Part shown: positions 40,961 to 55,010 of the stretch, one piece after another
Numbering within the stretch: the stretch's first letter is position 1
Layout: each line of letters starts with the position of its first letter
Source: the human T2T-CHM13v2.0 reference genome, Homo sapiens
Length of the DNA: 64,000 bases
Direction: 5' to 3' (one strand)
Assembly (NCBI RefSeq): GCF_009914755.1
Contig: NC_060933.1
Made by a program: the position numbers and the translations under genes
The notes under the pieces: model-generated
What the model saw: only the letters and a program-made list of their open reading frames with translations
Told to the model about the DNA's origin: nothing
The model's database searches: none

Positions 40961-41202
40961 CTCAGGTACTAAGAATATTCATAATGCAGGAAATGTAGCA
41001 CTTCTGTTTTCGTACTTAAATTTGGTTTATCTGAACCAGCATATCAAACTGGCTGTCACCAGAAGCGATCCTCAGACATTAAAGTTCTTAGTACTGAATT
41101 ATCACAAAATAAGAGAGAACCAAAGTCTTGTGAGCTTAAGTGTGACAAGATTGCTTTGGAATTAATTCCTACACCAGTCAGCAAAACATCTGAATGATAT
41201 TC
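40961..41202 (-). other. Candidate spliced exon (242 nt)
   Basis: Minus-strand acceptor cttctttcttttaag|GAAT and donor GAG|gtaata, in unique sequence. Confidence 0.35.
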
Positions 41203-41401
41203 CTTAAAAGAAAGAAGTATCTGAGAGAGAGACTATACACAAAACCAAGTCTGTTCTGCTATTTTTCTACTATTGAGATAAAGGAAAACAAAAACAAAAC
41301 AAAAACCTGTCAATATCTTAAAGCCATTAGAATCCTGTACAGCAACAGAATCTTCACTACATACTGTTGAGCTAAGTGAAATGATGCACAAGGTGTCTTA
41401 C

Positions 41402-41628
41402 CTTGTATCTCATTTGTATAAAAATGAAAATCTTCCATGAAATCACCCAATTCACATTTCCTGCTTGTTCAGAACAATCTGTGAAAAATGACTTATTCCA
41501 CCTATTTTAATAATTGCAAGTTTCCTTTGCATGAGAAATGGCTTATGTACCCTGTTACATGGCCATCATTTCTTTCTACCAAGAGGCCACTCCACAGTCG
41601 TTAGCTACTCCCAAGACAACTTTAGCAC
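41402..41628 (-). other. Candidate non-coding or poison exon (227 nt)
   Basis: Minus strand: branch-like tctaat, then an uninterrupted pyrimidine tract ending ccttag|GTG; donor AAG|gtaaga. Stops in all three frames. Confidence 0.5.
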
Positions 41629-41980
41629 CTAAGGAAAAAAAGGAAATTAGATTTCTGGTAATGATGATTCATCTATATATCGAAATCCACTAGTACATTG
41701 TTATTGTTTTGAAGACATGTTTATTTGTCTTTTTTTAATGATAGACAATCTATAGCAAATGAAGTCTTGAACTAGGAATAGAAAGACCTGAATGATATTT
41801 CCTCATGTCTCTTATCAGTTTTGTAATACTCAGCCAAATCATGTAATTTTTTAGACCTGTTTCCTCATCTCTAAAACTGGAAGGAAGACTTTTCTTACAT
41901 AAATGTGAGACAAACCAAACAAGCTAATATAAGAAAAAAAAAACCTCTGTAAATTTAAAGTATTATATTTGTATGTTTGA

Positions 41981-42560
41981 TGTAATAGACTATTATTTCC
42001 CTATTTGTTAGCCATTGTCTCACATTTTCCTTGCTAAAAAATGTGCTTAAGTAGCAACGCCCTGGCCAGGGTATGAAAAATGATTTATTTTAGCCAATCA
42101 TAGGAATCACACCCACACTTGCCTAGGATTGTTCTGCAGAGGTGGTTGTGAGATACCATTCTGGCCAAAGAAATATAGCAGGTAATGTAATATGAAGTAT
42201 TCTGGAAAATATTTTCTTCACTGATAAAGGAGAGAGCCTTATGTAAGGAAATCCTCTCATCCACCATCTGCATTTTCTCTCTTTTTATTTTGGACACCAT
42301 CAAGTGAAGATGTGAAACCTGGCACTTGTGACTTAGGGAAGTTAAACTGGAAAACAAAAGCAAATATGTAAGGGCAGTGAAACAGAAAGGTGAAAAGAAA
42401 GTGGATCCCAGATGACACTGATAAGACAGATACTTCCTTACTGATGAATGTGATTAGGAAGGAATAGCTGTGATATCTCCCACAGGAAACTTTAGTCTGC
42501 TCCCTAGTACCAGCCAAAGCTTAGTTATTTGCCTACTTATCTATTGAAGCATGTATTACA
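41981..42560 (+). mobile_element. MaLR solo LTR (MLT1J-like)
   Basis: ttagccaatcatagg...ccattctggccaaagaaat motifs with TG...CA-like ends. Confidence 0.6.
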
Positions 42561-42619
42561 ATATGTCATCACTGTCCTGTTTTTAAATATTAAAGATATA
42601 AGGTTTTAAAACTCTGGAT

Positions 42620-42918
42620 TTTCTTTTTGTTTTGTTTCATTTTTGAGACGCTCTTGTCATCCAGGCTGGAGTGCAATGGTGTCGTCTTGGCTACTGCAAC
42701 CTCCATCTCCCAGGTTTAAGTGATTCTCCTGCCTCAGCCTCCTGAGTAGCTGGGATTACAGGCATGCACCACCGCACCTGGCTAATTTTTGTATTTTTAG
42801 TAGAGATGGGGTTTCACCATGCTGGCCAGGCTGGTCTTGAACTCCTGACCTCAGGTGATCCGCCCACCTTGGCCTCCCAAAGTGCTAGGATTACAGGGGT
42901 GAGCCACCACACCCGGCC
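42620..42918 (-). mobile_element. AluS (Sx/Sq-like)
   Basis: Antisense dimeric Alu; both flanks share aaactctg. Confidence 0.95.
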
Positions 42919-43046
42919 CCAAAACTCTGTTTCAAAAAAACTTCAAAAGTGTTGGAAGAAATGTTAGAGACTATTTTAATAATCTTAGTAAGAGGCAAGC
43001 CTTTGTGAGAAGTATGCAGTAATCAAAGGTGATAAAAAGACTGTCA

Positions 43047-44280
43047 ATACATCTGACAAAAGGCTAATATCCAGAATCTGGAAAGAACTCAAACAACTCA
43101 ACAAGAAAAAAAAATCCCCATTAAAAAGTGGGCAAAAGACATACACAGACATTCTTCAAAAGAAGGCATACGAGCGGCCAACAAACATATGAAAAAAAAA
43201 TACTTAATATCACTAATCATCAGAGAAATGCAAATTAAAACCACAGTAAGATACTATCTCACACCAGTCATAATGGCTATTATTAAAAAGTCAAAAATCA
43301 ACAGATGTTGGCAAGGATGTGGAGAAAAGAGAATATTTATACATTGTTGGTGAAAATGTAAATTAGTAAAACCTCTATAGAAAACAGTATGGGCCAGGCA
43401 CTGTGGCTCACGCCTGTAATCCCAGCACTTTGGGAAGCCCAGACAGCAGATCACGAGGTCAGGGATGGAGACCATCCTGGCCAACATGGTGAAACCCATC
43501 TCTACTAAAAATACAAAAATTAGCTAGGTGTGGTGGCACGCGCCTGTAGTCTCAGCTACTCAGGAGGCTGAGGCAGGAGAATGGCTTGAACCTGGGAGGC
43601 TCAAGCAGTGAGCCAAGCTCGCGCCATTGCACTCCAGCCTGGGACAGAGCAAGACTCTGTATAAAAACAAACAAACAAAAAACAACAACAACAACAACAA
43701 AAAACAGTATGGAGATTTCTCAAATAACTAAAAATGGGACTAATATTCAATTCAGCAATCCTACTACTGGGTACCTACCCAAAGAAAAAGAAATCACCGT
43801 ATCAAAAAGACACCTGCATTCATAAGTTTATAGCAGCCCTATTCACAATAACAAAGTCATAGAATCAACTTAAGTGTCCATCAATGGACTGGATTTAAAA
43901 ATGTTGTATATATACATACCATGGAATACTACTCAGCCATAAAAAAGAATAAAACTATGTATTTTGCAGCAACACGAATGGAACCAGAGGCCATTATCCT
44001 AAGTGAAATGACTCATAAACAAAAGGCAAAAATCACAGGTTCTCACTTATATGAGGGTGCTAAACAATGGGTACACATGACATACAAAGTGGAATAACAG
44101 ACATAGGAGACTATAAAAGGTGGGAAGGGAAGAAAGATGAAAATCTACCTATTTGTATAATGTATACTATTCAGGTAAACAGTACACTAAAAGCCCAGAC
44201 TTCACCACTATGCTATATATCTATATAACACAACTCACTTGTATCCCCTATATCTATAAAAATTAAAAAAAGAAAAAGAA
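43047..44280 (+). mobile_element. L1PB-like 3' portion (ORF2 C-terminus and 3' UTR), interrupted by an Alu
   Basis: catctgacaaaaggctaatatccagaatc...cactaaaagcccagacttcaccactatg, then an A-tail. Confidence 0.9.
43392..43700 (+). mobile_element. AluS (Sc-like) nested in L1
   Basis: TSD AAAACAGTATG at 43381-43391 and 43701-43711; (CAAA)/(CAA)n tail. Confidence 0.96.
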
Positions 44281-44751
44281 TACTGGATCATGCACATTAT
44301 AGAAAAGTTTAAAGACATCATGTAGACTAGAAATCATATTTGTCACCTATGTAAGAGAGAATTACTATTCATGACATACAATATTTCCTGAAAATTAATG
44401 TAAGAAAGACAAGTTACTCAACAAAATAAACTCCATAGGGGAAATATAAATGACCAAAAAAATGAAAACAATATAAAAACTCCACTAATATTAAATAAAA
44501 ATACAAATAAAATAAATATGACACTTTTTTCTTTAGTGAATTAAATTCAAATGATTAACATGATGTGCTGGTTTGATGCAGATAAACTTTTTCACATGTT
44601 TTAGTTGCAGTATAAATTGCTTTAGAAGTGTAATTTGGCTATATCTCCCAAAATTTGAAATGTTAATAATCCTTTTCTTTTCTTTACTGTTTTGTCTTTT
44701 TTTATTTGAAGAACTTCTTCTATCCTGTGTGGTTATGGCAAAGGGTCTCAA

Positions 44752-45182
44752 TTGTAGTACCGGACATGCAGTACTATGGATTCCTTGTCCCTCTCCTTTT
44801 TTTGAATATGTCTAAAGCTAAGCACATAACAAAAGTCAGTAAAGTTCTACTGAGAAATTTGCATATGGTTCCTGAAAATTTGCATATGGTTCCTTAAACA
44901 TTTTCATTTAAGTTCATACTTGTAAGGACCACATAAACCTAAACCAACTGAGGGCATGTTTTCTGGAACATGAAGAGATCCTCTCTGAGAATAAGCCTCA
45001 CACTGAGGAGAGGAGAACAAAGATTCAGAGACATTTAAAGTCTTAGAACTTGAGTATTTCCATACCTTAAACTTGTATACAACAGAAACTTCCCGTATAG
45101 CCACTAGTTTATTTTTCTTTGTTTGGGCATCTTGGTATTTGGATTTCCGTCAGTTGCTTTTGAAAATATACTGATATACTCA
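44752..45182 (+). mobile_element. Probable old MaLR (MLT1) LTR within L1ME-like debris
   Basis: TGTAGTA start; end ggatttccgtcagttgc...gaaaatatactgatatac resembles an MLT1 terminus. Confidence 0.4.
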
Positions 45183-47129
45183 AATATTCTCATATTTGCA
45201 GAATGTACTACATATAATATATGGTATATATAATATTAAATAACTTGTAATAGCAAAAATCTGGAAATAAACATAAATGATCATCCAAAGGAGACTGGCT
45301 TAATAAGCAATGATTCATTAATATAATATCAAACAGGTATTCAATATAATAAGGTAGAGGAATATCACTTGGCGGAAAAATATTCCACATATATTGAAGA
45401 AAAAGTAGAATTGCAATACAACATCTACCATATTTTTTAATATGATATATCCCAACATTATATAATTGATAGAAAAGTACTACAAAGATACATATGACTA
45501 GATTACAGTTCTTATCTCTGAATAAGAAAGTAAAAATTCAGACAATGTCATACTTTATTCAAAATACATTGTGAGAATTCTATAATACATGTTAATGTAT
45601 TACCTGTGTAATAAACATACAAAAGTATAAGCAAGCTCATTTTCCTTTCAAATAAAAGTTGTTATAATGAGAAAATACTACTGATTTCTTTAAAATTAAT
45701 AAAACAGTGTATATTTGACCAAAAGGCAGGTGGCAGTTGAGAAAGTCTCTCTTTATGGACTATGTCTAAACTCATTAAATGTAATGTACTTGCAAAAAGT
45801 AAATCCTATTTTTTAAATCTTGACAGATTTTTGACAGAATTATAAAATGTGATTAGAGTATTTTTGATAGTTATTCATTTTTATTATAAATGCTATAATA
45901 AAGGATGATAGCCAGTTTTGTTATAATTTAGCAAACATAGATAATTTTAATCTATCCACTTATGTTAATATGAACCTACCCAAATAGTGGTCTCATTAAT
46001 TTTGAATTATCAAGATGACTCTCCTCAGTTTACTTACAATCAGAACTCAAATTTATTCCCAGGAAATTTAAAACTCGTTTAAATTAATGTATCCTTTGAA
46101 TAGTACTATTTAGTCAGATTAAGTAATTTAAAACAAGAACTCTGGATTCAGAAAGCACTGTCTTAACATGAGATAAATATATCATGAAATGATTAGGTTT
46201 TAAATTTCGGTCACTTATAAAACATTTAATAATCACTGAAATTAAATATAAATAAAATTGAACAATAATATAACAATGCAAAACTACAGAAGAAAAATAA
46301 TCTCCTTAGTGCCACTGATTCTAATTCAATTTAATGACAGAGAACATATAGTTGACATCAATGTGTTTTAACTATTACTACTTGTAATTAAACTCTTCTT
46401 TCACAAATCTTTATTAAAAACAATCAGAAAAAAAAAATAAAAGATCCATAGAGGAATACCTGAACACATGGACCATCCATGACTTATTTACATGGCAATT
46501 AAATTTGATATTCTTTTTCTGCTGACATGTACAGCCTTATTCTGTACTTAAGAGTCATAGTCTGTCTTCACAAACCCTTATACTTACATACACACACACA
46601 CAACACTGTATCATACAATCTCATATTTTCTGGGTTGATTTATTCTAAACAGTCTAGTATAATGTTATTCTATTAAGCATGTCTCAAACCTGAATTGAGA
46701 AAATCACAATTTGGGGTCTGAAGATGTTACCCCATGTGATTCTACTATATTTCCATTCCATTTTATAGCTAGATAAATAAGGTGAAGAAAAGTTATGCAA
46801 TTATCTTTTCACCCAACCTTTGGGTGCAGCTGTGGTATAGTGGGTGGAGAAAATTGAACCAAGATTGGAATAGAGTGTCCTGACTACTATCCCAAGAGTC
46901 AACTCAGTTGACATTTCTGGAAATAAAGAATAAGAAAGTATCACCTCTAATGCTGTAGTAATTATGTTAGAGTTTCTCCAACCCTGTATGCTTCATTTCA
47001 GCTTTATATTAACATCAATAGACATGCTTCCTTTTATACACATGGCAGATAGAAAACTAGAATTACTGTAAAGTAAAAGCTATGGCAACGAATTTACCGA
47101 TTTACACTGCAGTCCTAAAAGCAACTTAC

Positions 47130-47189
47130 TGCTATGTAGGAGCAAGTCCCTTGTATTCAGTTGCTTTGATCTCTGTGAGATTTTGGTTT
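47130..47189 (-). other. Candidate 60-nt cassette exon
   Basis: Minus strand cctaat-cacttttgatttttcttctcctgccacatcaag|AAACC...TAGCA|gtaagt; open in phase 1. Confidence 0.4.
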
Positions 47190-48650
47190 CTTGATGTGGC
47201 AGGAGAAGAAAAATCAAAAGTGATTAGGAAGAAAAATATTTCCAGCAATTTCCACAAATTGTATGTCTCTTCGTCTTAAATATCTGCCATTGGAAAACCA
47301 TGTGTGAGATTAATTCTACTAAACTACAGTGGCTATGTTAATCTCATTCTTTTAAAAAGAAATTAAGTGTCATGAAGAAAGAATGAGGTCTAGTTTAAAA
47401 TCTCAAATAAAACTACTTACATAGATAAACCAGAAAGGGCCTATACATATTTGTGAAACAATCATTAAAATTAATTATAAATATGTAATTCATGAGAATA
47501 TTCATCTAAGGCAAGAAGTAAAATAAAATCTCAGAAAATAAGAGTAAATTTGTACCTTATTTTACAACATTGGCACACAGATTAAGACTATTCATGTTTT
47601 GCCATTCTTTCAAGAATATTTTTCCCTTCAATGCATGTGTGTTTTACTGTGTCAAGGAATTAGAATTGAAAACAAATATACAAAGGATTTACCATGTTGT
47701 TTATAAAAAACTATTAAACAGAATAGAGCATCAATTTTACATTTCTGAGATAACAGATAAAACTTCAAAATGAGGTTATGCTTTGTCTAAAAAAAAAAAA
47801 TTAATGTAAAAAGATACTCGCTTTCCTGGTTTTGAGCAAGCATTTGAAATTGAAGATGATGATCTATCTCACACTATATTTTTGAAGTTTCACATTATTT
47901 GAAATAAAACTGTATGCCATGTGTTTTCATTTTCTCCCTGGGTCTCATCGTTTATACTCCCTAAGGCACAGATGATAAATAAGAAGTAAGTTTTACCAGC
48001 TGGCATCCTTCATGTGGACCATATTGTGAAAAAGTGAAATCAAATTCTCTTGAACTGAGGAACAGAGTAAAATATACTTGGTCTGACTGTTCTCAAACCT
48101 TCATGTTATGTCTATAGAAAAATATATAACTCTATGAATAGCATTTCATGCTACGTCCTAGGACTAGACAGATTTTTTGAAAACTACTTAACAGAAATTT
48201 CAATTGAAGACTTTCAACTAAGCTTTTGAAAATACATAATCTTAAATGCAGTCACATGAAATTTCCCTTTTATGTCTTATGGGAACAGAACCTATCAATT
48301 ATTTATCCAGAATAAAATTTAAAAGTCTATTGAAGTTTCCTATTTGCTGACCATGACTAAATGGAATGAAAATAATTATGTGGAAATAAAGTTCACAAAG
48401 GCCTGGATACAGGATCAAGAGACACCAGTTTATAAATACATGTCAGGATGTAATTCAGATGCCTATGGTGTCTACGTGCACATGAAGAACCTGGCTAAAA
48501 GGCAAAGAAAAATTTGTTGGATAACTTTTAGTATATTTTAAAAATCTAAAACAGTTCAGTGTAGTAGTTATGGAATGGGCCAGACCAGGGTTTGAATCTT
48601 AGTTGTGTCAGATCTTTTAGTTCTCTGAGCCTTTCATTAAAATAATGGTG

Positions 48651-48946
<296 letters not shown>

Positions 48947-49114
48947 GGCAAAACATATCTCAGTGTTCATTATTCACTGGCATCAATGGACTACTATTTT
49001 ATATTATCCTTTGTTGATATAAAAATATTACTATATACAATCCTAATTCTGTTGCGGTTTCACTGCTTCTAGAAGATTGCATGCTTTATTGAACACTTTG
49101 TGCACCTGCTCTAA

Positions 49115-49486
<372 letters not shown>

Positions 49487-49744
49487 TGAGGACTTCAAAG
49501 GAAATAATATTTTTTTAAAAAAGAGTAAATCTTTAAATTCTTTTATCACAGCATGCCACTTTCTTTCTTTTTCCCTGAACTTATTTTTCATGCTTAATTT
49601 CACAGAGGTAAAGCACTAAACCCTAGGCAGCAGTCCCTCTACCTTGGTATTTATTCAGGAATCCTTACTGAGGACATCTTATGGCTCAGGCTGGCACCAA
49701 GTCCTCGATCTGCACATACTCCATCCAAAAATCTTTTGTGTGAG

Positions 49745-49890
49745 AGACAGATATTTACTGAGCACCTAGGAAGTTTCTGGCATTTTAAACATATTATCAC
49801 ATTTCATATTCATAACAATCCATTGGGTAATTATGATTACTCCCATTTTATACATGAGAAAAATTGGGCTCTGAGAAGACAGACAACTAA
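49745..49890 (-). mobile_element. MIR
   Basis: atatttactgagcacct...cccattttatacatgagaaaaattgggctctgaga. Confidence 0.7.
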
Positions 49891-50909
49891 CCAAAAGTCA
49901 CCTTGCCTCCACAGTGTTTTCTGTTATCTTCTCTCACTCTTGTTTTCCCCTGATCCTGCTACCAGACTGATCTTGGTGATCTCAGAGACAGATGTCCTTT
50001 GTTGAGACTAAAATTGAGCTAATACCCGAAACATAGCTAGTTAGAGAAGGTGGTGAAATAACAGACACGTGGTAAGGACATGTGTTTCCCTCCCCTTCCT
50101 TTGACTTTGTTCTCCCTCTTTACAATCCCTGTCCCCTACACATGCACACACTCACAGTTGGGCTAAGAATAGGACTAAGAGCATGGAGCTTCTCTCCAAT
50201 GTCCCAAGTGGGTAAGAAGCTTGTATTATGCAAACTGTGCTTAATCTTGTGTGTCTCTCCTTATAGTTGTGCTCACAGGAAAGAGCTTATCTAATTACAT
50301 TCTGTGCAGGAAATCTAGCATCTAAGAAAGAAGTAAAAATATAATAATTTGTTTGTAAGAATTTCAGCCCCTAGGCAATGTACTAGGAAGTACAGAAGTA
50401 TGAGACAACTATCAAGGTAAAGATGGTATAGAAAAATATACATGAAATTTCTATAAGCTTCAATGCAACTTTTTACTTTTGCTTTCTGACAGACTGACAA
50501 GAACCAGCAGCAGTAAGAGAAAAGGAGTTATCAAATAATTCCTTTCTCTGAAGACAAAATTTATCATTTGACTGACAAGGAAGAATTCGAATCAAGAGAA
50601 AAGTTTAAGCAACACCGAAAAGGATTGGGTGTTTTAGCCCTAGCCAGTCAGTTGGCCAAAGTCTACCTCTGACTCAGCACATATATAATAAATGCTCAAT
50701 GCTTAATGAGCATGACCACCACAAATAAATGAGGGTCAATGAACAGAGCATTAAAGTATAGGTCAGCAAGTCTTAGTTCTTCAGGATAAATATTACACTA
50801 AAAAGAAAATAACCTGTTTCTTCCACTTAAAAAATGTGATGTAGTAAGTGTAGCCATAAAGATAAATGAATTAGTAAATATTGTAATCACAGCTATGACT
50901 AATTTTATA

Positions 50910-51070
50910 GCACTTCTAGATTACAAAAAATTTTTCCCAATAGAATATATACTTACAAAATCAGACCAATCTTTCACTGGAATTTATAGTTTGTCCCATT
51001 TTATGTAAGAGGAAACTGAAGTTTAGAGAAGTTAATGTGCTTTTCAAAATTTGCACAGCCAGTAGAACAA
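50910..51070 (-). mobile_element. MIR
   Basis: cccattttatgtaagaggaaactgaagtttagagaagttaa. Confidence 0.7.
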
Positions 51071-51712
51071 GCCTGAGCATAGTCAAAATTTTACGGTAGT
51101 TAATTAAACTTCAGGAGCCTTATTTTCATTGACTTTTCACAAAGTCCTGTATCTAATTTTGTATTAGCATTCTTAAAGAAGGCTCCCAAAATGTACAATC
51201 TTCAGGAACCCAGAAAAAAAACATGGATATGTCCCCAGAGGTGAAACCATTACCCAAATCTTATCCCAAATCCAAGACTTGAAAAATAATATTTAAGAAG
51301 ATTTTATGTTTTTACTTCTTAGTTTCTTTTCCACTAATCATGATGTTGATTCTTCTTTCCCAAAACCATAATACTTTAGGTATTCTTAGTCTCTTGGAAT
51401 ATTTAGGTTGAGGATAAAAGGGATTTATCTCCTAAGGGCCCTACAAAGAACAGTGATGAATATAGTGTCAGTATCATCATGTTGAAAATTGTCCCCAAAT
51501 TCTCTGACAGAGGAATAGTACTTGGCTACATTAAAATTGACCCCTTCTCTCTTTCTCACCAAGCTCCACACCTTCATAATCATATCCTTTTCTAAACAGT
51601 TTACAAGTATTAAACATCTTCTTCCACAATTACCTCTCACCTTCTCTTCCACTTTTGGTATTTCTATTCTATCCCTTCCATTTTTTTTTTCTCTGCTCCT
51701 TTTTTCCTAATA

Positions 51713-52019
<307 letters not shown>

Positions 52020-52094
52020 TAGTCTAAGCCCTTATTCTCTCTTCATTGCTCTGGCCTTGAATTTATTTATACATTCATATATTTATCTATCTAT

Positions 52095-52800
52095 TTGCTC
52101 ATTCAATCAATTAACAAGTATGTACCAAGCACCAATAACATGTTATCATTGTACTAAGCATAGAGGAGAGTGTTGGTGAACCAAGTCAGCAGTCATCACT
52201 GCCTTCATTATCTTATACTGTAGCAAAAAAAAGACAGTAAAAAAAATCAACAACAAAATGTATGTATAACTTCCACTGTTGAACACACAAATTGTTATGA
52301 ACTATACGAGACACTTTGGAAACTATGTATATAGGGAAGGAAACCTCCTCTGATGACAAGTGAAGAGAAACTTCCTCAAATAAGTAACTTTTGAGCTGAG
52401 TTCTAAAGGATGTGTTGGAATTAACTAAGCACAGAGTTAGAGCCACCAGGAAGAGGAAAGGAAACAGTAAAACCCAGAAGATCAAAGGATTATCACAATT
52501 AAAAACCAGAGGAGCTGGGTTCAGTAATGAGTGCCTATAATCCAAGCCACTCAGGAAATGGAAGTGAGCAGGAAGACCACTTGAACCCTGGAGTTTCAGG
52601 CTAGACTGGGCAACATAGCAAAATCCCATCTCTAAAATAATTAATTAATTAATTAATTAATTACCCAGAGGAAGGCTTCTGTGGCTAGACTCAAAGGGAT
52701 ATAGGCTGAGCTGGTTGAGGCTATTGACATAGGCAAAAATTAAACCACTTAGGGCCAAGAGACCTTGTTAAAGATGCTGGTCTTTACTTACTAGAAAAGT
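52095..52800 (-). mobile_element. L2 3' region, interrupted by an Alu monomer
   Basis: cattcaatcaattaacaagtatgtaccaagcacc start and cttttgagctgagttctaaaggatg motif. Confidence 0.65.
52514..52663 (+). mobile_element. Alu monomer (FLAM-like) with (TAAT)n tail
   Basis: cacttgaaccctggagtttcaggctagactgggcaacatagca; both flanks carry ccagagga. Confidence 0.8.
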
Positions 52801-52827
52801 AACGTGATAAAATGTTCCTTCTTACTG

Positions 52828-52830
<3 letters not shown>

Positions 52831-52868
<38 letters not shown>
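52831..52868. repeat. (AT)19 microsatellite
   Basis: Perfect AT dinucleotide run. Confidence 0.97.
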
Positions 52869-52871
<3 letters not shown>

Positions 52872-53071
52872 TCACTCCTTGCTCCATGATTCTATTATTC
52901 ATGGCCTTTAAGCAAAACAGGCTGACAAGGTGGACTTCTGGGCAAGTATTGCTGCCTATAGTCCCAGGGAGGCTTGTTTCCCCCAAAAACACAGTTGCAT
53001 TCTCAATTAACCTAGATATCTTTCTAGGACTCTAAGGAATACATAGAATGCTTAGTTCCTAGTCATTCTGA

Positions 53072-53386
<315 letters not shown>

Positions 53387-54774
53387 TGAGTGCTTGTATG
53401 TGCTATTAATTCCCTAATATATATCCTAAAAAATGTATATTTTTGCAGTATATTTCCATGGTAGCTTACAATACAGTAAGTTATAACATCTTAAAATATA
53501 GAATAAAGTTGGCCCTTGGCAAAACTCCACATTATATTTTCAAGTCATTGCTATAATAGGAACTTCTGAAGTTTTACAATGATTTAGTTTCAAAATCAAA
53601 ACTTAAAATTCAATTAGCAGTTAAAAGGGAGCAACTCAGTTAAATAGCCTTTATTGAAAAACACATTTATTTCATGAACTTGAGTGAATAAAAACTTCAA
53701 AAAGATCAGTAAGTAGGTAGATAGGAGGAAGGCAGCAGTAAAGAACAGAAGGATGGCATATAGTGGGGACCTTATAATTGCAATTTCAATCATTTATCTC
53801 AGCACCAAGGAAAACACTCTGCCCCCTGCCTCTTTCACATACATAAACATGACAATGGAGAGCAACAAGAATATCTGGTAGATTTTTCGCTTCCATTTTC
53901 TACCCCTATCAATAAATGACTATTGGAGCCTGTGGCTCTGTGAAACAAGATTATCATCAACAGGAATGCATATATGCATCTATTAGATTTTAGACCCTTT
54001 AGCAAGTGATAGTTTCCCACGTTATACATGCGAGGCAAATATATTTTCAAGCTTGGTTGAATGTATATCCTTCTACATTTTATTCCTTACAGACATTATC
54101 CTGGTTTAAGCAAGTTAACAATGGGTCCAGAAACCAATAATTCTAAAATCCAGACTACTGTAGCAGGCAAAACACCATATAAATCCTATATGTCTCTCCT
54201 GCATTCTTAATCACCCTACAGCATCAAATATCATGGATAAAAAAGATGTCCTGTGTCTCTAGGTTTCTCCCCCTATATGTGATCACACACTTTTTCAAAG
54301 CTTTTAAACCGTGTTCCCCTACACATACCTTCCCCCATGAAGGAATCACTTCTTAATTATAAAGAAGTTTGGAAATGCTGAAGGTATCTGAAAACATCTC
54401 GTTCATTTCTATCAAATAACAACTAAAGGGAAAATAGGCAAAGAAAGCAAAATCAGTGGTACAAGTGTTTAATGATATTATGACTACAATATCCAAGATC
54501 GCAAAATAACAGTAAGGGAAGAAATGAAAGAAAGAATAACCAAACACAAACAAACAACAACAAAACAAAACAAAATTTCTCAGAGAGGAAAAGGTTACGT
54601 ACATTTTGTAAAATTGGTTGGGATTTTATCTATTCTATTAATTTCCTGATATGGTGGTTCTGGTTAGAATTTACTCCTTAAATGCAAGATCAACATATGC
54701 TGAAGGAATACTTTGTATTCACAGTGGGAAAGTAACTGCTATGTGTATTAAAAATTGGACAGCATTTATACAGA

Positions 54775-55010
54775 GCAAGATGTAATAGAAAGAATGAGTT
54801 TGGGAATTACAAAGAGTGGATTCAAATGCCAGCTCTGCCACTAATTAGTAGCGTGACTTTGAACAATTTATCATATGTACAAAAAGCGTAGTTTCCTTAT
54901 CTATGAAATAGAAGCAAAAGGTTGACCTTATGGAGTTACTATGAAAATCACCAATGGGTTCTTTGTAGAAAAGAGTAGACATTCTAACACAAAGTGACTT
55001 TATTATTAAA
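54775..55010 (+). mobile_element. MIR
   Basis: ggattcaaatgccagctctgccactaattagtagcgtgactttgaacaatt. Confidence 0.75.
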
